64,000 nucleotides of DNA, taken from assembly GCF_004010195.1 (NCBI RefSeq), contig NC_057739.1, forward strand, positions 45,119,946 through 45,183,945, in the 5' to 3' direction. This stretch comes from Chiloscyllium plagiosum. Lineage: Eukaryota. Below are positions 35,601-50,600 of this stretch, in pieces. Positions within the stretch are counted from its first letter, which is position 1, and each line of letters starts with the position of its first letter. The notes beneath the pieces are model-generated. The model ran no database searches. It worked only from the letters and a program-made list of their open reading frames with translations, and was not told where the DNA came from. The position numbers and the translations under genes are program-made.

Positions 35601-38600
35601 ACTGCCTGGCCTCTTGTTGCTGGGCCTCTCCACGTATCATTTTGAAATTCTTTGTGAGGTTTGGTGGCTATGTTCAGGGGATGCTTCTGCTCTGGGAGTG
35701 ACTATAAGGTGTGTTCTTCTCTCCTGCAGTCTGAAATCATGTCTGACCTGGCTGGACATGGGGTGGAGAAAGCAAAGTCAACAAAGAATCCATTTCCCAC
35801 TTTGTACCTGGGGCACTTCCTGAAACCATATTTCAAGGATAAAGTCACTGGCCTGGTGAGTATTGTTGAGTTTGACAATTTATCCTAAACAGGATTTAGC
35901 TGTGTCAGCTGTTTATTAGATACTAACAGATCTATCCTCTCTCCTATCTGGTGTGAAGAGCACATATAGGAGAAAGTGAGGTCTGCAGATGCTGGTGATC
36001 GGAGTCAAGAATGTGGTGCTGGGAAAGCAGAGGAGCTTGTGCTTGAAACATCGCCTCTCCTGCTCCTCGGATACTGCCTGACCGGCTCTACTTTCCCAGC
36101 ACTGCACTGAAGAGAACTTGTGCAGGTTCCCTAGCAATTCACACCAAAAGTTCAATGTTTTTAACTTTTTTTTTAAACAAGGGAGAAGTGGCCCCTTTCA
36201 CTGATTTAGTACATTGTTGGAATCTGCAAACTGGAAGTCCTGCCTGTCGGAGGATGGATCAGGATTAGGAAGGGACGGCTAATGTAGATGATCAGCCACG
36301 ATTACTTAGATTTTGGAGTAGATTTGAAGGGCTGAATGGCCTACACCTGTTTCCTTGTGTTCATAAAACCTAATTATTTGATCATTAACATCAGAGAAGA
36401 GAATCTGAACCCAGCGGGATAATTACTTCAGTCTCATTCTGCCTCGATGTCAAACAGTTTCTATCTGGGCGATGATTGAGGTTTAATATTGCACATTCCT
36501 GCATCATTCCCATCAATTGGCAAATGACACCTGGGTTTCTTTAGGTCAATATTTAAAATGTCTGCTTACACTCTCTCTGTCTCTTTGTGATCAGGGCCCA
36601 CCAGCAAACCAGGACACAAAGGAAAAGGCTACGCAAGGCATCAAATCCTTTGATGAATTTTTAATTACAAGTTGTAAGTATTGCACACGAGTAAGGCACG
36701 TGAATAAGTGCTCAGTCTAATCTTTTATCCCCTTGGTAATCAAGCATCCATCTACCTCTGCCTTCATGTTTCCTGGTTGAGGAAGTATTGTCTCCAGTTC
36801 TGCCCTCTGCTGGAGTGATGGAGATTGAAAGCCATTTGGGTCCTCAGCTGTAGAATTCTCTTCCAAGATTGTGTGTGTGCACACGCAATCCCTTTTGCTT
36901 CCCTCCCCTTTACAATCCTGAGCTTCTTTCCTTGACTGAATGCTTGGTCACCTGTCCTAATGAGTATTGTGTGTTTCACACTTTGCCTGCTCATGCTCCT
37001 GTTAATCTCCTTGGCCGTGTTACAGTATTAAAAATGCAGAATAATTTATTTTGCGATAGAAATATAGGAACACAGGAACAGGAGTAGACCAGCTGGACCA
37101 TTGAACCTGCTGAACCATTCAGTATGTTCACAGCTTATGTCCACCTTGAAGCCTTTCTCCCACACTCCATCCCCTTTGTTACTGGGATTTAAAAATCTCT
37201 ACATACAGCAGAATGTATACACCCTACTCCCTCAGCTGATCTACCATACTGTAACTTTATGTTCTATACATTGCAATTAGAATAAATGGAATTGCTTGCC
37301 TGTTACTTGCCAATCATCATCATCCTCAGAACAAAGTAAGATCCAATTACTAGAGACTGACAAAACGTAGACAAAGTTCCTCCTTCACTGAACTCTCCCA
37401 CTTTATACTCTCCTGCACTGAGAACCTTTTTGGGTGTGCCCAGAAAGCACTGAAGAGGCCTATTTTCATCAAATGTTAAAAGGAACAGCCTTTGAGTTTC
37501 TGAAAACCAGTTTTAACCAGGCGATTAACTAGCTGGATCTGTTCAGAACTTCGATGTCCCTATTTTAAAGCTAGAACAAAACTTGTCAACTAAAAGTTAC
37601 TTGCTAAATCAAATTAAAATCATACATTTGAAAAAAATAACCCTTAAAACTATCCCACTCACCTACTGAGAAACTGAGGCAAAATCATGGCCAGGCTCTT
37701 TTATGAAGTGGTGTGACAGACTGACAGCTTTATACAGTATTCACCTGTGATGCTTCCAGCTTGCTGTTTTAATAAGTTGTCAGCCACTTGTTGAGGAAAG
37801 AGTTTGAGAGCGTTTCTTCTTGAATGTGTCTGTCATGGATCAGAAAAGGAAAACCGCAGACATAGATAATGTCTCTGTGTCTCCCTCCCTGGGAGTCTGA
37901 GGCAAACTGAAGTCTGATATCCTGTGTGTGTCACTCATTGTCTCCCAGTGACTGGTAAAGTGGGTGTGAGAGTGGTTCCAACTGAGTTTTAAAGGACCCA
38001 ATGAACCATCACAAAAGAGTGTCTCCGCTTCTGGGTGAGGTGTTTAATGTTTGCCTTTTTCACAGGGAAACAGAAAGAAAAGGAAAAGTTAAGGCTCTCA
38101 ATCGCAAGTGACGCGATGCAGAGGCTGCTGCAGCCCAAACTCTTAAGGTAATCTTTTAAACTGAGCACAATCTGAGAGTCTGTGAAGCAGTGATGAAATC
38201 AGAGGCCCTGCCTTCTCTCTGTACCAATGTGTGTTTGAGGGAGTGGAGATGGCTGTGACTGTGTACTGTTTGTTTTTAACACAATGTTCTGGCACAAAGT
38301 TATCCTCCCTCCCTCCCTCCCTCCCTCCCCTGCATCATCTCCTCCTGCTCCTTGCTCACTTATGGTACAATTCATCTCCTGTCCCTCCATCTACCTTCTT
38401 ATAAACTTGACATTCTCCGGCAGCCTGCCCCCTGGGTTCTAATCTGTAGCAATTCTGCTCATTCTCTGCCTCCCCTGTGCTTATAGACCCACTTGGATGT
38501 TTCAAGTGGTTATGGCTTTGTTTTGAACATTGCTTGATTTTAAAATCTCTAGTTCCTCCTTCATTTGATTCTGATGCTATGTGGTGCCTTGGGATGTTCT

Positions 38601-41600
38601 GAATACATGAAGCATGCTTTTTAAATGCAATATGTTCTCAATATGGAGCTGATACTTTGAAAAAGGATGGAGGGCGGGGCGCAGCATGATTCGAACCTTG
38701 ATACATCTGAGTGAGAGGAGCATTTTCTTATTCACTGGAGACAGCCTGAATTCAAAGGTGGCCTCCTGGCAAATGCAGAATAGGGAGGGGCTGAGTTGTG
38801 TCATGGGTGCTGGAATATTTTGATTTGACTGGGGAGAAAGAACTGCATGGTGAGCATGAAGAAATGTCTCCTCCTTTCTGATTTTAAATTGACCCCCTCT
38901 ATTCTAAGGCTGTGCCCAAGGCTGTTTGCTGACCAACAGGGATCACTGGCCTGTCAGCAGCTAATGCCCTGACTGGTCTCAGCAACAGGTCAGGACGTAC
39001 ACTAGAATTATCCCTTTATACTTCTAGGCTCGAATATCTAAACAAGAAGATGGAACTGTCCCGCGATGAAACGGAGAAAGAGATGTTGATGAAACAAATC
39101 GGAGAGACCAATCGAGAAATGGACAACATCAAGTGAGATAACCTTCCTGCCAACAGGCATTTTTAGCAGAGTATCTCATTGAGCAATAATTCTCCTCCTT
39201 AACCAATGCACATTCTGTTTTATTCTAATGCTGGGTCTGAACCTTGTGGGAGAGCTTCTCTGATTCACTCCTGCTCTGGCCTTGATTGTGAGAGAAGTGC
39301 ATGTTGATCTGGTTGCTCACGTTCATTCTGTATAGCTGATGTAAACTAGTTTGAAGGTTCATCGACATCCAACAGAGGTTTTGGCCACACTCTGAGATTA
39401 ATTAATCCTAATTTGTTCTGTTTGTGATATTTAACGTCTGGGGTGTTTCTGTTCAGTCCTCTCCCAAAGGAAAGCTTGCTGTTTTGTGAGCGCAGTAGTA
39501 AGATGAATCCTAAATGCTGGTGTGAGCCAGGAGACCGGATATTGCCCAAACCTGGAGCGATCTCCTCCTTCCAATTAGCCTTAGGATCTATCTCATTCAC
39601 AGGAGCCACAAGATTTGGCATCGTATGTAATGAGTACCGAACGTTCAGTTATATGCTCACTTCCTAAAGATGGTGACTTTTGTTTTATTATTTTGTGGCA
39701 TATTTTGAAGTCTCCTGAAAAATGTTTCCTTGTGTGTTTTTAAAACTTTTTTTTATTCTTGATTGATCTGTTGTCGATCTTTGTGTCCTGTTTATAGTGA
39801 AAGCCAGTGCCTTTCTAAAGCAGTCAGCTGGAGGTACCACCGAGAATACTGAGCAGCTTCAGATTAGGATGAGCGCTTTGACTAGAATCTTCCCAGAACA
39901 GCACTGATTTTTATTTAACACAGGCTGCTGTTAGGGTATTCTAGCATCTGTTTTATTTTATCTTGATTAAAGTTGGGAGAGCAGTGTTTTGGGCATTGGA
40001 ACAGGTGTAGGCCATTCAGCCCCTTGAACCTGTTCCATTGTTCAGTGCAATCATGGCTGATCTTTGGCCTAACTCCATAAAATCACCTTTGGACCATATC
40101 ACTTAACATTTGTTAAGCAAAGGTATTTATGTATCTAAAGGTAGATAAGGTTAACAGCTGATCTAGCACCTCTTTGAAAAGAGTTCCAAACCTCTCCCAC
40201 CCTTTGTGTGTGGAAGTGTTTCCTGACATCTCTCCTGAATGGTCTGGCCCTCATTCTCAGACTGTGCCCCTCGTTCGAGAATCCCCAACTAGTGGACATG
40301 ATTTATCGTTATTTACCTGTCTCTTCCTGCTAATATCTTGGAGACTTCAATCAGATCACTCCATAATCTTTTAAATTCTAGAGAAAACAGGCCTAATTTG
40401 TCTAATCTCTCCATAGAACTTGAGCCCTCTTTGTAAACTTACTTAGTACTCCTTCCAAAGCCAGTATACATTACATGCACCTTCCTGATTTAAACTTCCC
40501 ATTAGTGCTGGGGAACTCCTGCTTGTTCTGTGCATTTGGCCAATGGAAGGGCAGAACGCAGGGGGTTTGGCTTAATTGTGAAGCCTGTTGGGCGGAGACA
40601 CTGCCCATAGGAATGGAGCATCATCAGATAGGCGGAGCTAACTGATCAGTGTCTGATAGGATGGTGCACAGGCCCAAGGACCTGAATGGCCACTTCCTAT
40701 CCCTGTGATGGCATTACTGGGCCAGGAGTTAACCATGGAACCAATGCATTGTGTCTTGATGTATGATATTCAGTACAGGTAGCTTGAGCTGCTCGTATAT
40801 TCTAGTAATAAAGTATTTACTGTATGAGATTCACCACTTGTCAAAGACTTTAATGACCAGCAGAAGCTGTAGACTGCAGCTTCAGAGTTTCTGGAGCTGC
40901 CTTCTCCAAATTCAGCTCTCATTGATTGATTTGATGGGACTGCGTTGAGGTTGAAAGGTTTGCTTTTGAGTGCAGACCATTCGGTGATCAAATTAGGATG
41001 TGCAGAGTTCAAACCACTCCCACCCCCTTTAGGGTGGGGACGTTAGGGGAATCTTTATCAGGAGCTTCAAAGGATTCTCCAGCATGTCCTTTAAACCTGA
41101 CAGCAGTAAGGCCGCAGCGTCAGTAATGCTCACCCTGGATCGTGCACTATGCTGCCACAGTGGGCTAGCCTGCTAAGCAATTACACTTCAGCCTCATTGT
41201 GGGTATTAGGATCGTTATTCTTTGCCGTGTTTTTAAAAATGGTCCAATATTCTGGCTGCCGAGAGTTGAGTAAGACTTTATTCAACCCCTTCTATTTAAT
41301 TAAGGTGATGGAGTGAAACTGTTATCACGTGGTGACCTGTATGTTTCTGCAATTTGAAGCCTGAAATTGGGAAACGAGTACTTGCAGCTCAGTGACTTTG
41401 AGCATTGCTAGTAACTCAAACTGTGCTTTATAAAAGAGTGTTACTCCTTAACTTTCTTATAGCCAGATGACGCAACGCCAGTTGTTGGGAAATAGGTTTG
41501 ATGACCACGACTGGATCAAGATTGCCAATATTGATGTAAGTATGTTAACTTTTCATCTGCTTGGTGTTAGATTATTTTGTCTCTCCCTGTTACTCCCGTT

Positions 41601-44600
41601 CTACTGGGCCTCGACTGAACGCAGTGACTTCGGGTTGAGACATTTCACTGATGGCCTTGGCTACCTTCCAGTTTACAGACAGGGCAGCAAGTACCCAATG
41701 GATCATCTTTCCATTTGGGAGCCAGTTGCTGGGTGTACTTAGTTTGAGGATGTAGGCTGGGCCAGCACTTACTGCCTATTTCTAGTTGCCCTTTCAGATT
41801 GTGGTGGTGAATTATCACTTTAACTCCAGCGGCTTGATGGTTACGGAAGTGGCTCTGGAATCACATGTGAGTCAGGCCTTGTAAGAATGGCAGCTTAGTG
41901 ACTGTCCAATGTTTATGACAGTCCTGTAGTTTCATTGTCACCATTACTGATACTAGGTTTTTATCCCAGATTTATTTGCCTGTAACTAACAGTTCAATCT
42001 CCCCAGTTCCCATGGTGAGATTTGGAGCCTTTTTTCCAGGGTATTAGTCCAAGCCTCAAGGCTCGCCTCCAGTAATGTTACCACTAAGACTGCCATACCT
42101 GCCCATTGAGAAACTAATGTCTTGTATTTGTACAGACTCATACCGTTGCTCTGTCAAAACAACAAGGGACAGTTTGAATTCTGCTGAGCTGATGGATTCC
42201 TGGCAGGCAGTTCAAACCAGATCTATTTACTCACTCCCCTTTCAAACCAGCCGTGTTTTGACTAAATTCTGGGAGGTTCCCAGAAACCAGTGGTTCCCAC
42301 CTTGAATGCTGTAGGGCACCTCACGGTGCATTCTGCAATGGATCGATACAACTGGTTGGCTTGACCATTTCAAAGACTGTTAGAAATTACCACAAACTGT
42401 GATGGAGCACCTCAGTAGATCTGGCTGTATCCATGAGGTGGGAAATGGACTTAACATTTTGGGTGCAGTGTGGTTCTTAGTTTGGAAGAAGAATCTCCAA
42501 TTGTGGGCCTACTGCTGTATCGTAAGAGCCATCGTCCCATCCTGTCATATAGGACTCCAGTATTAAGCCTGCTTCCCTCCCCACTGATACAGCCAGGCCT
42601 GCCAAACTTTCTCCAGCACTCTCTTGATGGGAGTTCCAGCTTCTTTAGTATTTTGCTTTTATAAGAATTAAACACATTTCTTTGTATCTGGAGTCAAGTT
42701 AGGCCAGACCCCCTGCGGTTGATGTGTACATGGATTTCAGTAAGGTGTTTGATAAGGTTCCCCATGGTAGCCTATTGCATAAAATGCGGAGGCGTGGCAT
42801 TGAGGGTGATTTAGCGGTTTGGATCAGAGATGGGCTAGCTGAAAGCAGCAGGGTGGTGGTTGATGGGAAATGTTCATCCTGGAATTCAGTTACTAGTGGG
42901 GTACAGCAAGGATCTGCTTTGCGGCCACTGCTGTTTGTCATTTTTATAAATGACCTGGATGAGGGCGTAGACGGATGGGTGAGTAAATTTGCAGATGACA
43001 CTAAGGTTGGTAGAGTTGTGGATAGAGCCGAAGGATCTTGTAGGTTGCAGCTGCAGAGCTGGGCTGAGCGGTGGCAAATGGAGTTTAACGCGGAAAAGTG
43101 TGAGGTGATTCACTTTGGAAGGAGTAACAGGAATCGAGAGTACTGGGCTCGTGATAAGATTCTTGATAGTGTCAATGAGCAGAGAGATCTTGGTGTCCAC
43201 GTACATAGATCCCTCAAATTTGCCACCCAGGTTGTTGGGTTGTGAAGAAGGCATAGTGTGTGTTAGCTTTTATTGGTAGAGGGATTGAGTTTCAGAACCA
43301 TGAGGTCATACAGCAGCTGTACAAAACTCTGTTGTGGCCACACTTGGAGTATTTCGTAATGTTCTGGTCACCGTATTATGTGGAAGCTTTGGAAAGGGTT
43401 CAGAGGAGATTTACTGGGATGTTGCCTGGCATGGAGGGAAGGCTGAGGGACTTCAGGCTGTTTTTGTTTGAGAAGAAGGTTGTGAGGTGACTTTGACATA
43501 AAGATGATCAGAGGGTTAGATAGGGTGGGCAGGGAGAGCCTTTTTCCTCGGGTGGTGATATCTAGCACAAGGGGACATAGCTTTAAATTGAAGGGTGATA
43601 GATATAGGTCAGATATCAGAAGTAGTCTCTTTACTCAGCACAGTATGGGTATGGAACACACTGCCTGCAATAGTTGTAGGCTCACCAACTTTAAGGGCAT
43701 TTAAATGGTCGTTGGATAGACATCTGGATGAAAATGGAATAGTGTCGGTTCGATGGGCTTTAGCTTGGTTTCACAGGTCAGCACATCATCGAGGGCCAAA
43801 GGGCCTGTACTGCGCTGGAATTGTTCTATATTTTATAATGATAGTGGATTTGTTTTACAATGTTCCTGCATTTTTGTGATCATTGTTAATAAAACTCACT
43901 CTTGCAGTGGGATTTGTATCTGGAACGTTACCATGAATGTTGGTTGAGTATAATGTACAAGGCATCTATGAAGAAGGGTGGGTGTGGCTGATTCCTTTTC
44001 CCCCCCCTCCGTGGTTTGGATGAATGCTGTTATGTTGAGTTGGTCAGAGCAGGGATTGAACCTGGCACCTTCTGGGAATAGAATTGTTACAGACACAGTG
44101 GACTGAATGGCCAACTTCTACACTGTAAAGATTCTATCTTTTAGATAGTGATGACAGAATGCTCGTTTGTGTTTCCAGTTTGATGGCAGTCGCAAGTCTG
44201 AAGATATTAAAAACCTCTGGCAGAATTCTGAACATCCAAGTATTAACCAAGCAGAGTGGAGTAAGGAAGAGGTGCAGAGCCTGATTGAGATTGCAGAGAA
44301 GCACAGCTGTGTGGACTGGGAGTGCATCGCAAGTGAGCTGCAGGTACAGAGGTCTCCCTCCTGCGGATGCTGCTGTGTATATATTGGTGGGGTGGTTTAC
44401 CAGTGGGAGAACTCCTCCTTTGCTCAGGGAGGTGATGAGCTGCAGTTGCCATCCTGAACTCTTCATGTGTTTTAGGAAGAGGAATTGGCCATTGTTACAT
44501 GGCTAATCTTTAGACTCCATCTCTTTTAACCCATAATGTTTTTTGTGCTGTTGTGGGGGGATTTTGAACTTTCAGCTCTACTCAGCACTCAGTTGTGACG

Positions 44601-47600
44601 GTGGAATCTTTTACATCAGACTAAGGCATACTGCCTTCTGGACAAGGATTTCAATCCCACCACGGGATTTAAACGTTCATTTCCAGACGATTAGCCTGGG
44701 TATCTGGATTGCAGTGTAGTAACAAGAGCACGGGACTGCTGGCCCTACAAGGCAGTCCTTGTGATGACCATGCATTTGCTCACTGGGTATCCACAGAGAG
44801 AAGGAGTCTCTGAAACCCTGGTTGATATTCCTTCCCCCACCCCTAGGCCAGTTGTGTCGAGATTAACTCTGTACCGATTTAATAAGTAGCTCTCGGGAGT
44901 TTCCTTTTTAACATAGAACGCAGCCCATTACAGGCCCTTCAGCCCTTGAGATTGTGCTGACCTTTTATCCTGCTCTATAGAAACATGTTTAACATTTTGT
45001 GGAGGAGTGTCAAACATACGGTTTTAGCATTGCTCTCCCCTGCAGCTTGTTTGCTCCACATGAGTCTCCCCCTGTGTGTACAGCACTGTCAGACTTGTCG
45101 AATCACAGCTGGCAGTTCTGTGTTTCCTCCAGTGCTGCAGTGAGCTCTCGGTCCAGGTTTACTTCAGTTAGAAGCCCAAGACCTTGTGACATTGAGGGGA
45201 AGGTCAGTGGTGTCTGGAAAGTTGTGTAAAGTGACTATTTTGGAAACTATGATATCACTTATCCCTGCATCTCTCCCTCCGGTTCCCCCAACAGACGAGC
45301 CGTACAGCTTTTATGTGCCTTCAGAAATACCAGGAGTTTAACAAGGAGCTGAGGAAAAAAGAATGGACTGAGGAAGAAGACCAGATGCTGACTGAGCTAG
45401 TGCAGAAGATGAGAGTAGGAAACTTCATTCCATACACCAAGAGTGAGTGCTCCCAGATTACAGGGCAACAGATTGGGCACATCCTCTGGAGCTCAGCTTT
45501 GAAGGTTAAAGTGGCCTGTGCAGAGATCTCTTGTCTTCTGCAGCAGATGACTCTGCTGGCTGATGGGAGGGTGAGACGTTCATGGTACAAAATGATTTCT
45601 GTGTTAATGTTAATTGACAGGGCAGTTTAGTGAGAGCTCTGCTGTACATCCTATCCCTGCCTGATGTATGTAATGCTACTTGAAGAACGAGGAAGATATC
45701 TGACACTGCTGCAGTGTTGGCTGTACAGTGAACTCAGACCTCCGTTGTTATTTCCTTCTCCCCAATTCCTGCCCAAAGACAACTCTCCTTTCTCATATTG
45801 GGGTACGTGCCCCACATGCTCCCCTTGAGGTATCCAAGTATGTGTTCAACTGTGGAGAGCTTCGCACATTGACCCCACACTGGGCCTCTCTCACGACATG
45901 GTGAACTGCAACAGGAGTCCTTGCTGTTGTGTCAACCCTGTGAGCTCTCTTCATTTGCTGTTCATTCACAGTGTTGCTGAGGGATGCCCTGTCTGCTGTA
46001 ACTGAATGCCCACAAATGACCGATCATTTGGTGGTCAGCTTCATTGCTGCGTTTCTCTGTATTAGGCACAGACTGGGGCTCCTGGCTCACCTGTGGTTCT
46101 CTGGTGATCCAATCATATGTTTCACAGGTGAGAAAGATCCCAGGCCCTCAGCTGGGGCAGCGTCTGAGCTCTCAGGTGCCCTTTGGTTTGGCGATGGGCA
46201 GGTGGTGTGGCGTGGCATGGGTTTCTGCTCCTGAGGGAATTTGCTAGTCAGCTGAGCAATCCTGCTCACTGGGTTCTACCTGTGGAAGCTGATTGGGTAT
46301 AGACCCTGCCTCATGGGGCGTGCTCGCCTTGCAGAACCTGCAAGTCCCTTCGCTTAGCCTGAGTCAGCTTCTCTCAACGGACAGACCTGTCAGAATTTCC
46401 ACTGTAATTAGTTTGTGAAATATGAACATCCCTTTTAAGGATGGCATTTGTTGCCCATTCTAAACAGCCCTGGGAGAAGGTGGTTTCTTGAACTGTGCAG
46501 TAAGGATTTTCCAATAGCACTGTCAGGGAATTCCGGTGACAATGACCAGGAATTACTGCAGTCAGTGACCATTTTCAGGCAGACCTGGCAAGCAAACCCT
46601 TTATCATAATGTGCAGCAAGGAAGGCGTGGACCCAAATCTGACCTTTTTNNNNNNNNNNNNNNNNNNNNNNNNNNNNNNNNNNNNNNNNNNNNNNNNNNN
46701 NNNNNNNNNNNNNNNNNNNNNNNNNNNNNNNNNNNNNNNNNNNNNNNNNNNNNNNNNNNNNNNNNNNNNNNNNNNNGGGGTGGGTGAGGGGGCCTGGCCC
46801 TGACGGGGTGCCTGTGGGTGTGATGCTGAAGTATTTAGTTATTCCTGGTTTCTTCATTGCAGTTGCATATTTCATGGAGGGTCGGAATAGCAGCCAGCTG
46901 CTATACCGCTGGTCCAAGTCTTTGGATCCCACAGTGAAGAGGGGGCCATGGACACAAGCAGAAGATGAGGTATGTTCCCACCAGCTGTTGGCCATTTCTC
47001 TCTCAGTCCCACAAGTGGGGCTCAGTGATGTAGCCACTGCCATGAGGCAAGTCTTTTGTTTTTAATTATCCCCATGCACCCAGCCTGGATGTGGTGACAA
47101 CCTAGCCTCTTCCTCTGCTGGAAATATCTCAATGACCCCTTCACCCAATTTTAAAAAAACCTTTTAAGGTAGTACAGAACTTGAGAGTTGCTGGAAAATG
47201 TACCTTGTACAGATCAGGACAATTCCCAAGAATACAGCCCCACCAAGTAGGTGATGATATTTGCTGACTCACTGCCCAGAGCAATGCCTTCACCAGTCAG
47301 TAGCAACCACCCTGGTTTAAAATGTGATAGTTAATCAGCCTGCACAGAGATGTTGTTAAACAGCTCTGGAGCATGCCGATCTTGACCCCGGGCTCCTGGG
47401 TGAGAGGTCAGGACTTTCCCATGATGGCACAACAGCCCTCCTGGTTTAAACATTTTTTAATTTACCTGTTTTTCTAATCAGAGCTGTTATTACCCTCCTC
47501 AGGAGCAGGTGGGACTTGAACCCAGTCCTTTCTGATCCCAGGCAGGGGCACTTCCATTGGACCACAAGAGGGGCCCCTCAGGTTTAAAATTGCCTCAAAA

Positions 47601-50600
47601 CCTAGTTAGAAATCACACAACAGCAGGTTATAGTGAAACAGGTTTAATTGGAAGCACCAGCTTTCAGAGCGCTGCTCCTTCCCCTGAAAGCTAGTGCTCC
47701 CAAATAAACCTGGCGTTGTGTGCTTTCTAACTTTGTCCACCCCACTCCAACACCAGCACCTCTAAATCATGCCTCAAAACCTGTCAGTGAACTATTAATC
47801 ATCTTTAGTTTCTACGTTCTCCATCTCCCAGCCAGAGGCCCCATACCAACCAGTTGCCACATCTATCCACCATAAATACTGATTTTATTTCTCCTTGAAT
47901 TGGTAGTCTTGTGAATTGTTCTGATGGGTGCAGGATAGAAAAGCTTTGCTTTATTTTTTAAGCAGTACACAAAGGAGTTCCTTGGTTTTGTATTTGGAGC
48001 TAGAGAATTTAGAAGTAGGGAGGTGCAATACACCAGTTCTGGGCCCTTCTTTTCGAGGGAGGTATTGGGAAAGAGTCATCTTTATTCTCTAGGCATTGAC
48101 ACTTACACCAATGTCAAAGTGGTACCGAGACAGCGGAGAACTTGAAGCTGCTTTCCTCTGCAGTTGACAAGGGGTACAGGGCTGTCATGGTGGAGGTCTT
48201 TAACGTTGTGATTTGTTTTCCAGCTACTCCTGAAGGCAGTGGCGAAATATGGAACCCGGGAATGGTTCAAGATCCAGGAAGAGGTCCCTGGGAGGGTTGA
48301 TGCTCAGTGCAGGGGCAGGTATGAGCTTAGATCTTTGCAGAGCAGTTTCTAGGAGCCAGGCAAGTTAATATTGACCACACCCCAGCTTCTGCTCATTACC
48401 CTGTGTATCTGCATGCACCATTCAACAGTTACTCTTTTCCTCCCCAACCTCCATTTTAGTAGAAGTTGCTGGATGGGAAGTTTTTAAATTCACTCACAGG
48501 ATATGGGTATTGCTAACGGTGCCAGAACTTATTGCCCATCCCTTGTTGCCCCTCGGGAGGTGGTGGTGAGCTACCCCCTTGATTCCCTGTAGTCTGTGCA
48601 GTGCCACCTAAGAGGGAGTTCTAGAGTTTTGACCCAGTGACAGTGAAGGAGTGGTGTGTCTGAGTCAGGGTGGTGAGTAACTTGGAGGGGAACTTGCAAA
48701 ATGTGACGTGCACGTCTACCCGCTACCCTTGTCGATGGAAATGGGTTTGGAAGGTGTTGTTGAAGCAGCCTTGGTCATTTCTGCAGTGCATCTTGTAGCT
48801 GGTACACACTGCTGCTACTGAACATCAGTGGTGGGCAGAAATCACTCAAATTGTCTTTGTGTGCATGGGCCTCTGAGGTCTATGTGCAATAGCAACTTCC
48901 CCAATTGAAAATCAATGCTGCGATCAGTGTGCTGATGTCAAATCGTGTGCAAAACATTGGAATGCACAACTGAGCAGCTTAAATGGAATGTCAGTGGTGA
49001 AGGGAGTGGATCTTTGTGAATGAGGTGACGTTCAAGAGAGTTACTTTGTCCTGGATGGTGTTAAGCTTCTTGAGTATTGTTGGAGCTGTACCCATCCAGG
49101 CAAGTGGGGAATAATACATCACACTCCAGACTCGTGCCATAGATAGTGGGCAGGCTTTAGGAATTGGGGCATGAGTTACTCAATCCAGTAACCCTATTCT
49201 CTAACTTGTATTGTAGTCAAAGTGCTTATGTGTCTAGTCCAGTTGAATTTCTGGTCACTGGTAACTCCCAGATGTTGATATTCAGTGGTGATGAATGTCA
49301 TCGAATGTCAAGGAATGACAGTTCGATTTGCGTTAGAGATAGTCATTGCCTGGCATTTGTGTGGCACAAATATTACTTTCCATTTGTCAGCCCAAGCCTG
49401 GGTATTGTCCAAGTCTTATTGCACTTGAATGTGGACTTTTTCAGTATCTGAGGATTCGCGAAGGGTGCTAAACATTGAGGAATTATCAGTGAACTTGCCC
49501 ACTTCTGACCTTATGCTGGATGGCAGGTCATTGCTGAAGCAGCTGAAGATGGGCCAGGCATAGAAGGTGTTATCAACAGTGATGTCAAGCTCCACTTGCT
49601 CAGCACTGACCTTTTCTCTGACACTCAGTTTGAGTTCCACCAGGGCCCATCATCTCCTGACTTTGTCATAACCTTCTGTCAGACTTGGAGAAAAGAGCTG
49701 AGTTCTGGAGATGAGGTGAGCCTGACGACCCTTCACATCAAGGCCGTGTTTTACCAAGTGTGGTATCAAGGAGTTCGAGCAGACCTGGAGTTGGGACTTT
49801 GGAGTGGTTCAGAGGATCAGTGTGTCCTCTCGTCTTCGCTTTGCCCCAATCCCCCTCAATTCCAGGTACACCGAATCTGATGCATACACTTGCTTGGCAC
49901 TCGGCTGTGATCGATGGTGCCTAATGAGCTGTGGGATCATGCCTTGGCTCTTCTCTTTCTGTAGTCTGGGGTTTGGTGACCTGCTTAGCTGACCTTTCAC
50001 CCGTTGAGCTGTTGCTGGTGGTTTTGCTTTGCTGAGAGCAGAAGACCATGGAGCAGCCTGCTCCAACAAGATGGCTGGTCTCATTTTAGCCTCTGTCCAC
50101 TTTCCTATCCACTCTCCGTCACCCTTGCATTATTAATTCAAAAGGTCCATCTCCCTCCTCAAATTAACTTCGAGTCCTGGCATCCATCTCACTCCAGGGG
50201 AGTGAATTCCACAGATTTGCAACCCTTTGAGAAGCAATTTCTCCCCATCTCTGTTTTAAACTTATTCTCCTTAAATGAAGGAAATTGATGCCATGGAGGG
50301 ACTGATGTGACAGACAGCCCTGGGAGGAGCTGGTGTCCTTTAACAGATTTATGTTCAGTTTTGCATCGTGGATGGCTGAGGGGAGGAACCTGAGGTGACG
50401 TTCAGCTTCAGGCGATGACTGTGTTCATTCTTTCACAGGTTTCTGAATACTTTGAATCATAATCTCCGCAAAGGAAGGTGGTCACCTGAGGAAGAGAGCG
50501 AGTTCAGGGAGCTGCTTGCCAAGCACGGAGTAGGTAAGATATGTCAGTCCAGCATCTCTGTAGGATATATCATCCACACAATCTGTGGTCTTAGAAGTAA

